Below, piece after piece: positions 50,543 to 60,228 of a stretch of 64,000 nucleotides of DNA; within the stretch, counting starts at the first letter, position 1; each line of letters begins with the position of its first letter. The stretch covers positions 6,533 through 70,532 of the forward strand of contig CAYLNF010000001.1 in NCBI GenBank assembly GCA_964385165.1. The letters are read 5' to 3'. A model generated the notes under the pieces. It ran no database searches and was not told where the DNA came from. It saw nothing but the letters and a program-made list of their open reading frames with translations. The position numbers and the translations under genes were made by a program. The DNA comes from an uncultured Sulfurimonas sp. Lineage in GTDB: Bacteria; Campylobacterota; Campylobacteria; Campylobacterales; Sulfurimonadaceae.

Positions 50543-51448
50543 ATGAAACACAATAAACTACTAAAAAAATTTCGTGAGTTTTACTTTAGAAATTACCCAA
50601 ACGATATGGAACAGCAGATTGAATACTTTTCTGTATTTGGTGGACTTAATGTTGATGTTGATACTAGTTCTAACCTTATAGAGCAGTTTAAAGAGATTAT
50701 TTTAGATAATTTTGCTGAACTAAACGAGATGATTAATGAGAAAACTCTAAATAACAAAGAGAACAAAAGGCTATTACACGCTTTAGCTATTGGTGATAGA
50801 AGAATCTTCTCCGCTTTTAACAGAGCTGGTTTTAACAATGGTAACGGTGGTGAAATTATCCAAAACCTTACTAAACTTGGACTTATTCAGATTGAAAAAT
50901 CAAGAGAGCAACACCCTAGAAAAAACTCACCAAACGAGAAACTAAAAAGAGCAGATTCAAGACATAGAATCTCACATAAGATTCTTTTTAGCGACCCTTT
51001 TGTTAGATTCTGGTTCTATTTTATCACACCACATATTAGAGAGATAAAAGCTGGTGATTTTACAAGTGTGATAGATGAGTTTGAGAAGAAAAGGCATAGT
51101 TATACTAGCTTAGTTTTTGAGGAGTTATCTGAGATTTTACTAAACTACTATATCAGAGATTCAAACATAGTAAGTTCAGGGAGCTATTGGGATGCTAAAA
51201 TTGAGATAGATATTTTAACCATCACAGATAAGGGTGAGATATTTATCGCTGAGTGTAAATGGAAAAACCATAAAATCAACAAAAGTGAACTTCATAAAGT
51301 TGAAGATAAATGTGAAAAACTAGATATTGTACCAACTCAAATCATCCTCTTTTCAAAAAGTGGATTCTCTAAAGAGTTAAAATCTATGGCAAACAAAAAG
51401 TTAGCACTATACTCAGCAGAAGATTTTAAGATACTACTAAAAAAGTAA
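50543..51448 (+). CDS. DUF234 domain protein (no N-terminal ATPase seen)
   Basis: DPFVRFWF, YWD..EIDI, AECKW, LFSKSGF. Confidence 0.85.
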   Translation: MKHNKLLKKFREFYFRNYPNDMEQQIEYFSVFGGLNVDVDTSSNLIEQFKEIILDNFAELNEMINEKTLNNKENKRLLHALAIGDRRIFSAFNRAGFNNGNGGEIIQNLTKLGLIQIEKSREQHPRKNSPNEKLKRADSRHRISHKILFSDPFVRFWFYFITPHIREIKAGDFTSVIDEFEKKRHSYTSLVFEELSEILLNYYIRDSNIVSSGSYWDAKIEIDILTITDKGEIFIAECKWKNHKINKSELHKVEDKCEKLDIVPTQIILFSKSGFSKELKSMANKKLALYSAEDFKILLKK

Positions 51449-51453
51449 CTAAC

Positions 51454-52257
51454 TTAACTAACTGTTCTAAGTGCTGAGTAAGCCTCTTGTAGAAGTTGAA
51501 ACTTTTGTGTATAGTGTTTAACCATATGTGGACTCTCTTGAAACACCTTATCTGGATGGTAAGCTTTAGTTAGTTTTTTGTAACTTTTTCTTATCGCTTG
51601 TTGGGAAGCTCCTATTGGACACTCCAAGATTGTATAAAAATCTAAGTTTTTGTCCTCCTCCTCTTTTTTACATAAGTCACCAAAACTAAAACTTGTAAAA
51701 TCTGAGTACATCCTACTCATAAAATCTCTATCGTAGTTATATTTCACCTCATAATGAAGTATGTTATATTTGTTTAAAGCTCTCTCTAGTCTTGCTTTTG
51801 CTTTAAAATCTGTAATATCAATAACTAAAGATATATCTGTACCTTTCTCTACATAAACCTCTAACTGAGAACGGAAGTAGTTTATAACCCAAGAGTTTGG
51901 TCTATCTAATGAGATTAGGACAATATTTTTATTATAAGCATAAAGATTAACCCTAACCTCTTCAGGTTCCTCCATCTTTTCTAGCTCTATTTTGATAGGT
52001 TGCGCACCATATTTCAACATAGACCTTAAGAAAAATTCATGCGTAAACTCATGTTTAGAAGCATGATAGGCACTAAGCTGATGTAGGAACTCTTCCCTAA
52101 TCTCTGTTAGTGTTTCATTTCTAAAAACCAAAACAGCTTTTGGTAAAAAAAGCATACCTCTAGCGTGGTGATTTAGAAAATCTTTCATCCATTTTGTATT
52201 TAAGGTTTTAAATCCCGTTGTGATAAGAATAAGATTATTGCGTAAAACAATGTTCAT
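51454..52257 (-). CDS. C-terminal J-domain protein
   Basis: YKKLTKAYHPD, KFQLLQEAY. Confidence 0.85.
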   Translation of the reverse strand: MNIVLRNNLILITTGFKTLNTKWMKDFLNHHARGMLFLPKAVLVFRNETLTEIREEFLHQLSAYHASKHEFTHEFFLRSMLKYGAQPIKIELEKMEEPEEVRVNLYAYNKNIVLISLDRPNSWVINYFRSQLEVYVEKGTDISLVIDITDFKAKARLERALNKYNILHYEVKYNYDRDFMSRMYSDFTSFSFGDLCKKEEEDKNLDFYTILECPIGASQQAIRKSYKKLTKAYHPDKVFQESPHMVKHYTQKFQLLQEAYSALRTVS

Positions 52258-52385
52258 CGATCATACCTATTTTGGATAGTTTTTTTAATCATAAGCAATT
52301 TTAGTTCCACTTATTTATTACAGATTTGAGTTTATTTATAGGTATTTTGAGTATAATTACAATAATAATTTACAAGGATTCTATT

Positions 52386-53741
52386 TTGCTCGAAAATATG
52401 AATGAAAAATGTGCAGTTGTAGGGATATTTGGTCATGAAGAAGCTTCTAAATTGGCTTATTTCTCTCTTCACGCTCTTCAGCACCGTGGTCAAGAAGCAG
52501 CAGGAATTAGCTCTTCTGATGGAAAAAAACTTCACACTATCAAAAATCGTGGTTTAGTTATGCGTGTTTTTGATGAACAGAAACTTCAAACTCTTAGTGG
52601 TTCTAGTGCGATTGGTCATACTCGCTACTCAACAGCTGGTGATGATTCTATACTAGATGCTCAACCAGTATTTGCTAGATATGATTTAGGTGAGATGGCT
52701 ATTGTTCATAATGGTAACCTAACTAATGCTGAAGAAGTTAGAGCAAATCTAATCAAAAAAGGTGCTATTTTCCAAACATTTATGGATACAGAAAACCTAA
52801 TCCACCTTATAGCAAAAAGTGAAAAAGATAAGCTTCTTGATAGAATTATAGATGCTGTTCAAAGAATCGAAGGTGCTTTCTCTTTAGTATTTTTAAGTAG
52901 AACAAAAATGTTTGCTATGAGAGATAGACACGGTTTTAGACCACTTAGTCTTGGTCGTCTCCCTAATGGTGGCTATATAGTAGCAAGTGAAACTTGTGCT
53001 TTTGATCTTGTTGGTGCTGAATTTATCCGTGATGTTGAACCAGGGGAGCTTCTAATTTTTGAAGATGGTAAAGCTCCACAAAGCATCAAAGTTTTTGAAT
53101 CAACACCGAAACATTGTATATTTGAGTATGTTTACTTTGCTCGTCCAGATTCATCTGTTTTTGGTCAGTCAGTTTACCAAACAAGAAAAGAGATGGGTAA
53201 AGAGTTAGCTAAGATAAACCCTGTTGAAGCTGATATTGTTATCCCTGTTCCAGATGGTGGTGTTCCATCAGCTATCGGTTATGCTCAAGAGAGTGGAATC
53301 CCTTATGAGATGGGGATTATGAGAAACCACTATATTGGTCGTACTTTTATTGAACCAACTCAAGAGATGAGAGATCTAAAAGTAAAAATGAAACTTTCAC
53401 CTATGACTGATATTATCAAAGGTAAAAGAGTTATCGTTGTTGATGATTCTATCGTTCGTGGTACAACTTCAAGAAGAATTATAAGAATGTTAAAAGAGGC
53501 TGGTGCTAAAGAGGTTCATATGAGAGTTTCATCTCCACCAACAACTGACCCTTGTTTTTATGGTGTAGATACACCTGATAAAGAGAACCTAATCGCTGCT
53601 AATATGTCAAATCAAGAGATTTGTGAATATATAGAAGCAGATTCTTTAGCTTACCTTGATAAAGAATCTTTACTTCGTAGTGTAAATGGTACAGAAGAAA
53701 ACTACTGTACTGCTTGTTTTACAGGTAACTATATCGTTTAA
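52386..53741 (+). CDS. purF: Amidophosphoribosyltransferase (start re-placed at TTG after AAGGA)
   Basis: EKCAVVG, LQHRGQE, GHTRYST, HNGN, VDDSIVRGTT. Confidence 0.97.
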   Translation: MLENMNEKCAVVGIFGHEEASKLAYFSLHALQHRGQEAAGISSSDGKKLHTIKNRGLVMRVFDEQKLQTLSGSSAIGHTRYSTAGDDSILDAQPVFARYDLGEMAIVHNGNLTNAEEVRANLIKKGAIFQTFMDTENLIHLIAKSEKDKLLDRIIDAVQRIEGAFSLVFLSRTKMFAMRDRHGFRPLSLGRLPNGGYIVASETCAFDLVGAEFIRDVEPGELLIFEDGKAPQSIKVFESTPKHCIFEYVYFARPDSSVFGQSVYQTRKEMGKELAKINPVEADIVIPVPDGGVPSAIGYAQESGIPYEMGIMRNHYIGRTFIEPTQEMRDLKVKMKLSPMTDIIKGKRVIVVDDSIVRGTTSRRIIRMLKEAGAKEVHMRVSSPPTTDPCFYGVDTPDKENLIAANMSNQEICEYIEADSLAYLDKESLLRSVNGTEENYCTACFTGNYIV

Positions 53742-54700
53742 TGGAACAAATTTATACATACGGCAACTATTTAAAAGATAAATTTGGTTGTAAAGTTTAC
53801 AAAGTTGGAATCAATATTTCAGGTTTTACCTGCCCAAATATAGATGGAACTGTCGCAAAAGGTGGTTGTACCTTTTGTGAAAACGATTCTTTTTCTGCTA
53901 GTACAAATGAGATAAAAGAGCTTAAAGGTTTTCATCTAAACCTAGAATCAACCCATAACCCTTTCTTAGAGAAACAACTAGAACAACTAGAGGTTCAATT
54001 TAACTCCATAAGTAAAAGACAATCAACTCAGTATGGAGCTGAAAAATTTTTAGTATATTTTCAATCTTTTACAAATACCTATGCCCCTTTTGAAACACTA
54101 AAAGCACTTTATGATAAAGCTTTATCATTTGAGAATGTTGTTGGTTTAAGTATAGGTACTCGCTCAGATTCTATAACAGATGAAACACTTGATTATCTAG
54201 CTAAATTAAACAAAGATAAAGAGATCTGGATAGAGTTTGGGATTCAATCAATCTATGATGAAACACTAGATAAAATCAACCGTGGACACAGTAGCGATAA
54301 TGTTAAAGAGTGGATTCTAAAATCTAAAAAAGTGGGCTTAAATGTATGTGGTCATCTTATATTTGGTTTACCAGATGAAACTAAAGAGATGATGATAGAG
54401 ACCTCTAAAGAGGCTTATAAATGGGGGATAGATTCTGTAAAATACCACCCACTATATGTTGTAAAAAGAACAGCTTTAGGTAACGATTTCCTAAGTGGAA
54501 AATTCACACCAATTAGTGAAGATGATTATCTTGATGTTTTAGTAGAATCGATAAAACTAAAACCAAAAGATGTCTCAGTACAAAGAGTTACTGCTGGGAT
54601 AGATGATGATTCTCTACTAGCACCAACTTGGTGTAGAGATAAAAATCAACAGATTAAAAATATAAATAAAGCTTTAAAACCTTTAGGGCTTAAATACTAA
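53741..54700 (+). CDS. TIGR01212 family radical SAM protein (YhcC-like)
   Basis: GFTCPNIDGT..GGCTFC, YFQSFTNTY, INRGH. Confidence 0.93.
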   Translation: MEQIYTYGNYLKDKFGCKVYKVGINISGFTCPNIDGTVAKGGCTFCENDSFSASTNEIKELKGFHLNLESTHNPFLEKQLEQLEVQFNSISKRQSTQYGAEKFLVYFQSFTNTYAPFETLKALYDKALSFENVVGLSIGTRSDSITDETLDYLAKLNKDKEIWIEFGIQSIYDETLDKINRGHSSDNVKEWILKSKKVGLNVCGHLIFGLPDETKEMMIETSKEAYKWGIDSVKYHPLYVVKRTALGNDFLSGKFTPISEDDYLDVLVESIKLKPKDVSVQRVTAGIDDDSLLAPTWCRDKNQQIKNINKALKPLGLKY

Positions 54701-54713
54701 TAAAGGATTATCT

Positions 54714-54978
54714 ATGCCAGAGATAAGTAGATTTTTAGGTATAAAAATATTTATGTACTTTAATGAGCATAATCCACCACATTTTCATGTAGAATACAAT
54801 GAATACAAAGCCTCCATAGATAGATATCCAAACTTTTGGTGTAATGGAGGGTAGAGTACCATCTAAAGTACTTGGTTTAGTTGTTGAATGGGCTGAAGAT
54901 CATCAAAATGAGTTATTAAAAAACTGGGAAGATATTAAAGAAACTGGTGAATATCATAAAATAGATCCTCTTGTTTAA
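54714..54978 (+). pseudogene. DUF4160 family toxin-like gene frameshifted by a 4-bp duplication
   Basis: MPEISRFLGIKIFMYFNEHNPPHFHVEY; ATAGATAG at 54816-54823 gives a stop at 54852-54854; removing 4 bp restores 86 aa ending IDPLV. Confidence 0.9.
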
Positions 54979-54987
54979 AGGGTAGAG

Positions 54988-55269
54988 ATGTTAAGTATAT
55001 TAGATGCGAAATATGATAATAAATATATAATATCACTAAAGTTTAGTGACAATAAAAAAGGTAAAGTTGATTTAGAAGATTTTATAATCAATGGTAAAAT
55101 AAAACCTTTTAAACAGCTAAAGGATATTGAAAAATTTAAGAAATTTTATATTGATTATACTTTAAAATGGAATGATGATTTAGATTTAGCACCAGAATAT
55201 CTATATTTTAAAGCATTTGAAAATGACAAATCTCTTCAAACAACATTTAAAAAATGGGGATATATTTAA
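54988..55269 (+). CDS. DUF2442 family antitoxin-like protein
   Basis: LKFSD..G.VDL, TLKWNDDLDLAPEYLY; follows DUF4160. Confidence 0.9.
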   Translation: MLSILDAKYDNKYIISLKFSDNKKGKVDLEDFIINGKIKPFKQLKDIEKFKKFYIDYTLKWNDDLDLAPEYLYFKAFENDKSLQTTFKKWGYI

Positions 55270-55275
55270 AACAAT

Positions 55276-55797
55276 CTATTTTTTTAAACTACAACCACTA
55301 TCAATAGATAAGTTATAATCTTTTTTATATCTAAAAGGCTCTATAAACATCTTAAACTCTCTTATCTCACCTTTTGTTATATTATTTTCTGAGATAGTTG
55401 CTGTTTTAAACGGTAGATATTGAAAAAGCATATCTTTCATCTTGTTACCAGTCACTTTATGTGTTGTTGCTGTTATTTGGCAATCTATACTCTTAAATTT
55501 AGATATATTACTGATTGTACCTTTGATAACGATAGCCTCTGTAAACTTCAATCTTTTTTGAGTTGTTAAAACTAACTCATTTACAAATAGATATTCGTGC
55601 ATCTGTTTATAGGCTACAAATGGGGAAACTAACAAAAATATAAAAGAGAATAAAACTAAGAAGATAGATAATCCTAGCTTTTTTCTTAAAAGGATAGCTA
55701 AAATAATAAAAAGGATAAAAAGTAAAAGAATACTGCCAAAAAGAACATAATCATAAATGATTAAGTTATTTATAAAAGCAGTAATCTTCTCTTTCAC
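55276..55797 (-). CDS. DUF2393-like membrane protein
   Basis: Two N-terminal TMs plus Ig-like domain with two Cys; follows hisIE. Confidence 0.7.
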   Translation of the reverse strand: MKEKITAFINNLIIYDYVLFGSILLLFILFIILAILLRKKLGLSIFLVLFSFIFLLVSPFVAYKQMHEYLFVNELVLTTQKRLKFTEAIVIKGTISNISKFKSIDCQITATTHKVTGNKMKDMLFQYLPFKTATISENNITKGEIREFKMFIEPFRYKKDYNLSIDSGCSLKK

Positions 55798-56483
55798 TAA
55801 TCTTTCCTAGAGTTTTTCTCTGCGATTCCACTCATATCAAATCTACGAGCTAACTCCTGTTTAATTCTATCTGGAGAGATATTTTTAACAGCTAAAGCTA
55901 CTAACATATGGTATGTTAAATCTGCTGCTTCATATATCATCTCATGCTCATCATCATCTTTATAAGCAAAACTAAACTCTCCAGCTTCCTCTACAACTTT
56001 TTTCAAGATTGTATTGTCACCTTTGCTCATAAGTTTTGCTGTCCATGAAGTTGATGGATCGGCATTTTTTCTCTCTTGAATCGTATGGTAAAGTGTATCT
56101 ATCACACCATACATCTCATTAGCATCTACCTCTACTTTAGAGTTCTCTTCACCAGATTCTAACTCTGTAAAGAAACAAGAACGGCGACCTGTATGACAAG
56201 CAACACCCTCTTGTGTAACTTTTATAAGTAAAGTATCATTATCACAATCAAGTGAGAAAGAGTGGATAGTTTGAGTGTGTCCACTTGTTTCACCCTTTTT
56301 CCAGATTCTTTGTTTACTTCTTGAAAAATAGTGTGCCACTTTAGTAGATAAAGAGAGCTCTAATGCCTCTTTATCCATATATGCCATCATTAAAACTTCA
56401 TTATTCTCAACATCTTGAACAATTACAGGAAGAAGCTCACACTTCTCCCAATCTACTCTATTTAATGCTTTTTCTAAACTCAT
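55797..56483 (-). CDS. hisIE: Bifunctional PRA-CH / PRA-PH
   Basis: SRSKQRIWKKGETSGH, DCDND, ACHTG..SCF, KVVEEAGE, EAADL. Confidence 0.96.
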   Translation of the reverse strand: MSLEKALNRVDWEKCELLPVIVQDVENNEVLMMAYMDKEALELSLSTKVAHYFSRSKQRIWKKGETSGHTQTIHSFSLDCDNDTLLIKVTQEGVACHTGRRSCFFTELESGEENSKVEVDANEMYGVIDTLYHTIQERKNADPSTSWTAKLMSKGDNTILKKVVEEAGEFSFAYKDDDEHEMIYEAADLTYHMLVALAVKNISPDRIKQELARRFDMSGIAEKNSRKD

Positions 56484-57598
56484 TATTTAGCCGTTGTTCT
56501 TTGTCTTACATCTTTAGTATCAACCCAAATATTTGGAGTTGAACCACCCGGTGTTAAGAAGATTTTAGCATCTTTATTTACTTGAAGTGCTTCGTTAAAT
56601 TTACCTTGAACTTTAATCTGCTCTAATGCTAAAAGTTTACTTGTTAAAGATTTAGAGATTAAAAGGTTAGCTTTAGCTTGAGCATTAGCTTCAATAGTTA
56701 CAGCATCTGCTTTACCTTGTGCTTCAATTCTAGCTTGTTGAGCAACACCCTCTGCTTGAGCAGCTCTTTTTAAAGCTTCTTGTTTAGCTCTTTGAACCTC
56801 TTGTTCAGCTCTTTGAACCTCTTGTTTAGCTACTTGAACTCTCTCTATTTGCTCTTTAACCTTTTGAGGTAAGCCAATCTCACGAAGTTGAACAGATTGT
56901 AGATCAGCAGGTGAGTTTTTTAAACCAGCTATACTTGCTCTAACATCTTTATCTATCTCAGTCGCTATTTTATTTCTAATTTGAGGTAAAGATTCTGCGT
57001 CATATTTACCTACAACATTTCTTACAACATCACGAACAACAGGGTTTATGATTTTATCTTCCCAGCTAAATCCCCAGTTAGATATAGTTTGAGCAGCAAA
57101 TTGAGCATCTAATCTATACTGAACTGTAAGTTCAATAGAAACAGGAAGACCCCTTTTATCTAAAACTGTAATAGCTGGTTTTGAACCAATACCTGATGCT
57201 CCACTATTTGCTTCTATACGAGAAGCATAATTGATGATACGAACTTTAGTATCAACAACATAAACCTTTTGAATCATAGGGATAATAAAATGAAGCCCTG
57301 GTAATAGTGCTTGATCTTGATATTTACCATTTGTACTTAAAATACCTCTTTGACCCTCTTCGATGATAGTAAAAGGTTTAGCTAAAACTAACATCACAAC
57401 AATAGCGATTAGAAAGTAAACGATACCAGCCTTTCCACCACCCATATTTAGGTTAATCTCTGGCATTTGAGGACCTTTTGGACCTCCACCATTACCACCT
57501 GAGCCACCAGTAGATTTTTTAAAACTACTGTTGTTCTCACTTTTTTTCTTATTGAAATAATCATTCATATCTGATGCCATAAGCAAATTTTCCTTCAT
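56483..57598 (-). CDS. Prohibitin/SPFH domain protein (start may be 57580)
   Basis: Gly-rich N-terminus, TM, PGLHF, AxAxA coiled-coil. Confidence 0.9.
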   Translation of the reverse strand: MKENLLMASDMNDYFNKKKSENNSSFKKSTGGSGGNGGGPKGPQMPEINLNMGGGKAGIVYFLIAIVVMLVLAKPFTIIEEGQRGILSTNGKYQDQALLPGLHFIIPMIQKVYVVDTKVRIINYASRIEANSGASGIGSKPAITVLDKRGLPVSIELTVQYRLDAQFAAQTISNWGFSWEDKIINPVVRDVVRNVVGKYDAESLPQIRNKIATEIDKDVRASIAGLKNSPADLQSVQLREIGLPQKVKEQIERVQVAKQEVQRAEQEVQRAKQEALKRAAQAEGVAQQARIEAQGKADAVTIEANAQAKANLLISKSLTSKLLALEQIKVQGKFNEALQVNKDAKIFLTPGGSTPNIWVDTKDVRQRTTAK

Positions 57599-57602
57599 TT
57601 TA

Positions 57603-58523
57603 TTAATCTATATAAGTCAAATAATGCTCATATTTAGCATTTCTACCAAATACAATATCAAAATATGTACTTTGAATTTTTTCTGTAATCTCACCACGAG
57701 AACCAGAACCAATCTCTCTAGCATCAACTTGTGCTACTGGAGTTATCTCTGCTGCTGTTCCTGTTAAAAACGCTTCATCAGCAACATAAACTTCCTCTCT
57801 AGTGATTCTACGACGAGTAACTTTCATACCAAAATCTTCAGCCATCTCTATAACCATTTTTTGAGTGATAGAAGCTAAAGAGTTATCGTTTGGTGGAGTG
57901 ATTAACTCACCGTTTTTAATCATAAAGAAACAAGCTCCACTAGCCTCAGCTACATAACCTTGGTCATCTAGTAAAAGTGCTTCATCATAACCACAATCGA
58001 TAGCTTCAAATTTAGCCATTTGAGAGTTTAAGTAGTTAGCAGTTGCTTTTGCTTTACCCATATTTGAAGTGTTTGCTGGTCTAGTCATAGAAGCGATTTT
58101 AAGTTTGATTCCTTTTCTTAACCCCTCTTCACCTAAGTAAGCACCCCACTCCCAAGCAGACATAACAGTCTCAACTGGCGCCTCTTTATGGTAAACACCC
58201 ATAACACCATAACCTAAAAATGCGAAAGGTCTAATGTAAACATTATCACCTGTAAACTCATTTTTTTTGATTAAATCAATTTGAGCTTGATTCATCTCTT
58301 CAACTGTATATGGTATATCTATTAATGTCATCTTAGCAGATTCTTTTAATCTTTCAGTATGCTCATTTAAACGAAAAATAGCATAACCTTTCTCTGTTTT
58401 ATAAGCTTTAGTACCCTCAATAACACCATTTCCATAGTGAAGTGTATGGGAAAGTACATGTATTTTTGCGTCATCCCAATTTACAAATTTTCCATTCATC
58501 CAAATATACTTGGCTGCGTCCAT
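57603..58523 (-). CDS. ilvE: Branched-chain amino acid aminotransferase
   Basis: LHYGNGVIEG, YIRP, KATANY, TGTAAEITPV. Confidence 0.96.
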   Translation of the reverse strand: MDAAKYIWMNGKFVNWDDAKIHVLSHTLHYGNGVIEGTKAYKTEKGYAIFRLNEHTERLKESAKMTLIDIPYTVEEMNQAQIDLIKKNEFTGDNVYIRPFAFLGYGVMGVYHKEAPVETVMSAWEWGAYLGEEGLRKGIKLKIASMTRPANTSNMGKAKATANYLNSQMAKFEAIDCGYDEALLLDDQGYVAEASGACFFMIKNGELITPPNDNSLASITQKMVIEMAEDFGMKVTRRRITREEVYVADEAFLTGTAAEITPVAQVDAREIGSGSRGEITEKIQSTYFDIVFGRNAKYEHYLTYID

Positions 58524-58699
58524 AAAGTCTCCGATTCTATTGTTTATATTATTATCTGTATTTTATCTAAAATGGTATTTATTATCTATTAATGATAAAT
58601 TATTATAAATTTAAACTGAAATAACATACTTAAAAGTGACTTTAAGTATTTTTACATATAATGAGAATAATAAATAAATCAGATACGAGGGGGCATATT

Positions 58700-60115
58700 T
58701 TGTCAAAAGAAAAACAAAAATCGGTTGATGAAACAGTTATTGATGTTGAAACTGAAGTGGTTATCGAAAAAGAGAAATCACTTGATGAGATAAATGCGAT
58801 AAGAGAGGCTAGAGAAGCTATCATCTCTGAAGAGGAAGCTGAAGAGATAGCTGCACAGGAGAGAATCTGGGCAGAGCAAGAGGAGCTTGCTAAAAAAGGT
58901 AAAACGGAAGATACTAAAGTCTCTTCAAGTACATTTGAAAAATTACCTGATGATCATGTTTATGCTAAATATGAAGATATAGATCAAGCACAACTTCAAA
59001 AAGATATTGAAGATATTAAAAAAACTATCGGTAAACCAACTTATGAAGATTATCTTCATGTAAAGAAAATGAAAAATTGGTCAAGAGCATTTACTCTCTC
59101 TGGCTTTTTTATGATTTTTGTTGTAACAGCACTAGAGGCTACTCAAGGTTTACACGGTTTTTGGTTTTGGCTTTTAGCTATTATATCTGCTGTACTTATC
59201 GGTATCGGAAATGTTGGTCATTGGGCTAATGTTGCTCACCCTATTATGCATGGTGGTTATGACAAAATAGACAACATCCCTTTAGAGTTCAAAAAATCTG
59301 GTTATGCTAGAGGTAAAAGAAGATATGTGGATTGGTTAGATTGGATCAAGCCTGAAGCTTGGGAATATGAACATAACATTATGCACCATTACCATCTAGG
59401 TGAAGATGAAGATCCAGATAATGTTGAGAGAAATATGCAATGGTTAATCCAGTCTAAAACTCCTATGTGGTTAAGAAAAGTTTTTGTTTATGTTTTTGCT
59501 GCTACTTGGAAATTTACTTACTATGCTCCAAATACAATGAGAATCTTAGAAAACAAAAAAAGAAGAAAAAATAAAGAGCATGAGATAAAAGATTATAACT
59601 ATCTTCCAACAAATGAGCTTGGTATGAAACTATGGAAAGAGTCTTATCTTCCTTACGGTTTAGTTAGATTTGTTGGTTTACCACTTCTATTTTTACCATT
59701 AGGTTTAACTGCTGTATGGACCGCTTTTATAATTTTAGTTATGGCTGAAGCTTATGCTAACTTACACTCATTCTTAGTGATTGTTCCTAACCACTCTGCT
59801 GGTGATATTTACCAATTTTCTGAGCCTCATAAATCTCAAGGTGAATTCTACCTAAGACAAATTATGGGAAGTGTAAACTATAACACTGGTTCAGATTGGA
59901 TAGATTTCCTACACGGTTTCTTAAACTACCAAGTTGAGCATCATCTTTTCCCAAATATGCCACTTAGTTACTACCAAACTATGCAACCACTTGTAAAAGA
60001 GATTTGTAGAAAACACAACATCCCTTACAGACAAGAGAGTGTATTTAAAAGAATGGGTATGACTATCGATTTAATGATAGGTAAAACTAAACTTCTTAGA
60101 GTAGATGGGGTATAA
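58700..60115 (+). CDS. Membrane fatty-acid (acyl-CoA) desaturase with acidic N-terminal extension (TTG start after GAGGGG)
   Basis: His boxes HPIMH, HNIMHH, QVEHHLFP. Confidence 0.9.
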   Translation: MSKEKQKSVDETVIDVETEVVIEKEKSLDEINAIREAREAIISEEEAEEIAAQERIWAEQEELAKKGKTEDTKVSSSTFEKLPDDHVYAKYEDIDQAQLQKDIEDIKKTIGKPTYEDYLHVKKMKNWSRAFTLSGFFMIFVVTALEATQGLHGFWFWLLAIISAVLIGIGNVGHWANVAHPIMHGGYDKIDNIPLEFKKSGYARGKRRYVDWLDWIKPEAWEYEHNIMHHYHLGEDEDPDNVERNMQWLIQSKTPMWLRKVFVYVFAATWKFTYYAPNTMRILENKKRRKNKEHEIKDYNYLPTNELGMKLWKESYLPYGLVRFVGLPLLFLPLGLTAVWTAFIILVMAEAYANLHSFLVIVPNHSAGDIYQFSEPHKSQGEFYLRQIMGSVNYNTGSDWIDFLHGFLNYQVEHHLFPNMPLSYYQTMQPLVKEICRKHNIPYRQESVFKRMGMTIDLMIGKTKLLRVDGV

Positions 60116-60228
60116 ACCCTCTCTACACACATATAAATAAAAATTTTATATAACAGCCGTAAAGTTAACTGTGTTTAATGAGTTTACAAAACTCAAATAT
60201 AACTATTTGAATTTTGTAATTAGAAAGA

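Noticed and set aside
56787-56828. 21-bp tandem repeat in the prohibitin gene
   Set aside because: Encodes the ordinary coiled-coil heptad (QEVQRA)
2971-58824. Many 60-130 aa ORFs antisense to core genes (e.g. 2971-3273, 11417-11791, 29277-29675, 35732-36067, 40500-40802, 21442-21678)
   Set aside because: Shadow ORFs overlapping well-supported genes on the other strand, with no RBS or recognisable motifs
60116-60228. Several short AT-rich hairpins between the convergent desaturases
   Set aside because: Consistent with terminators or chance in AT-rich DNA; no second copy found
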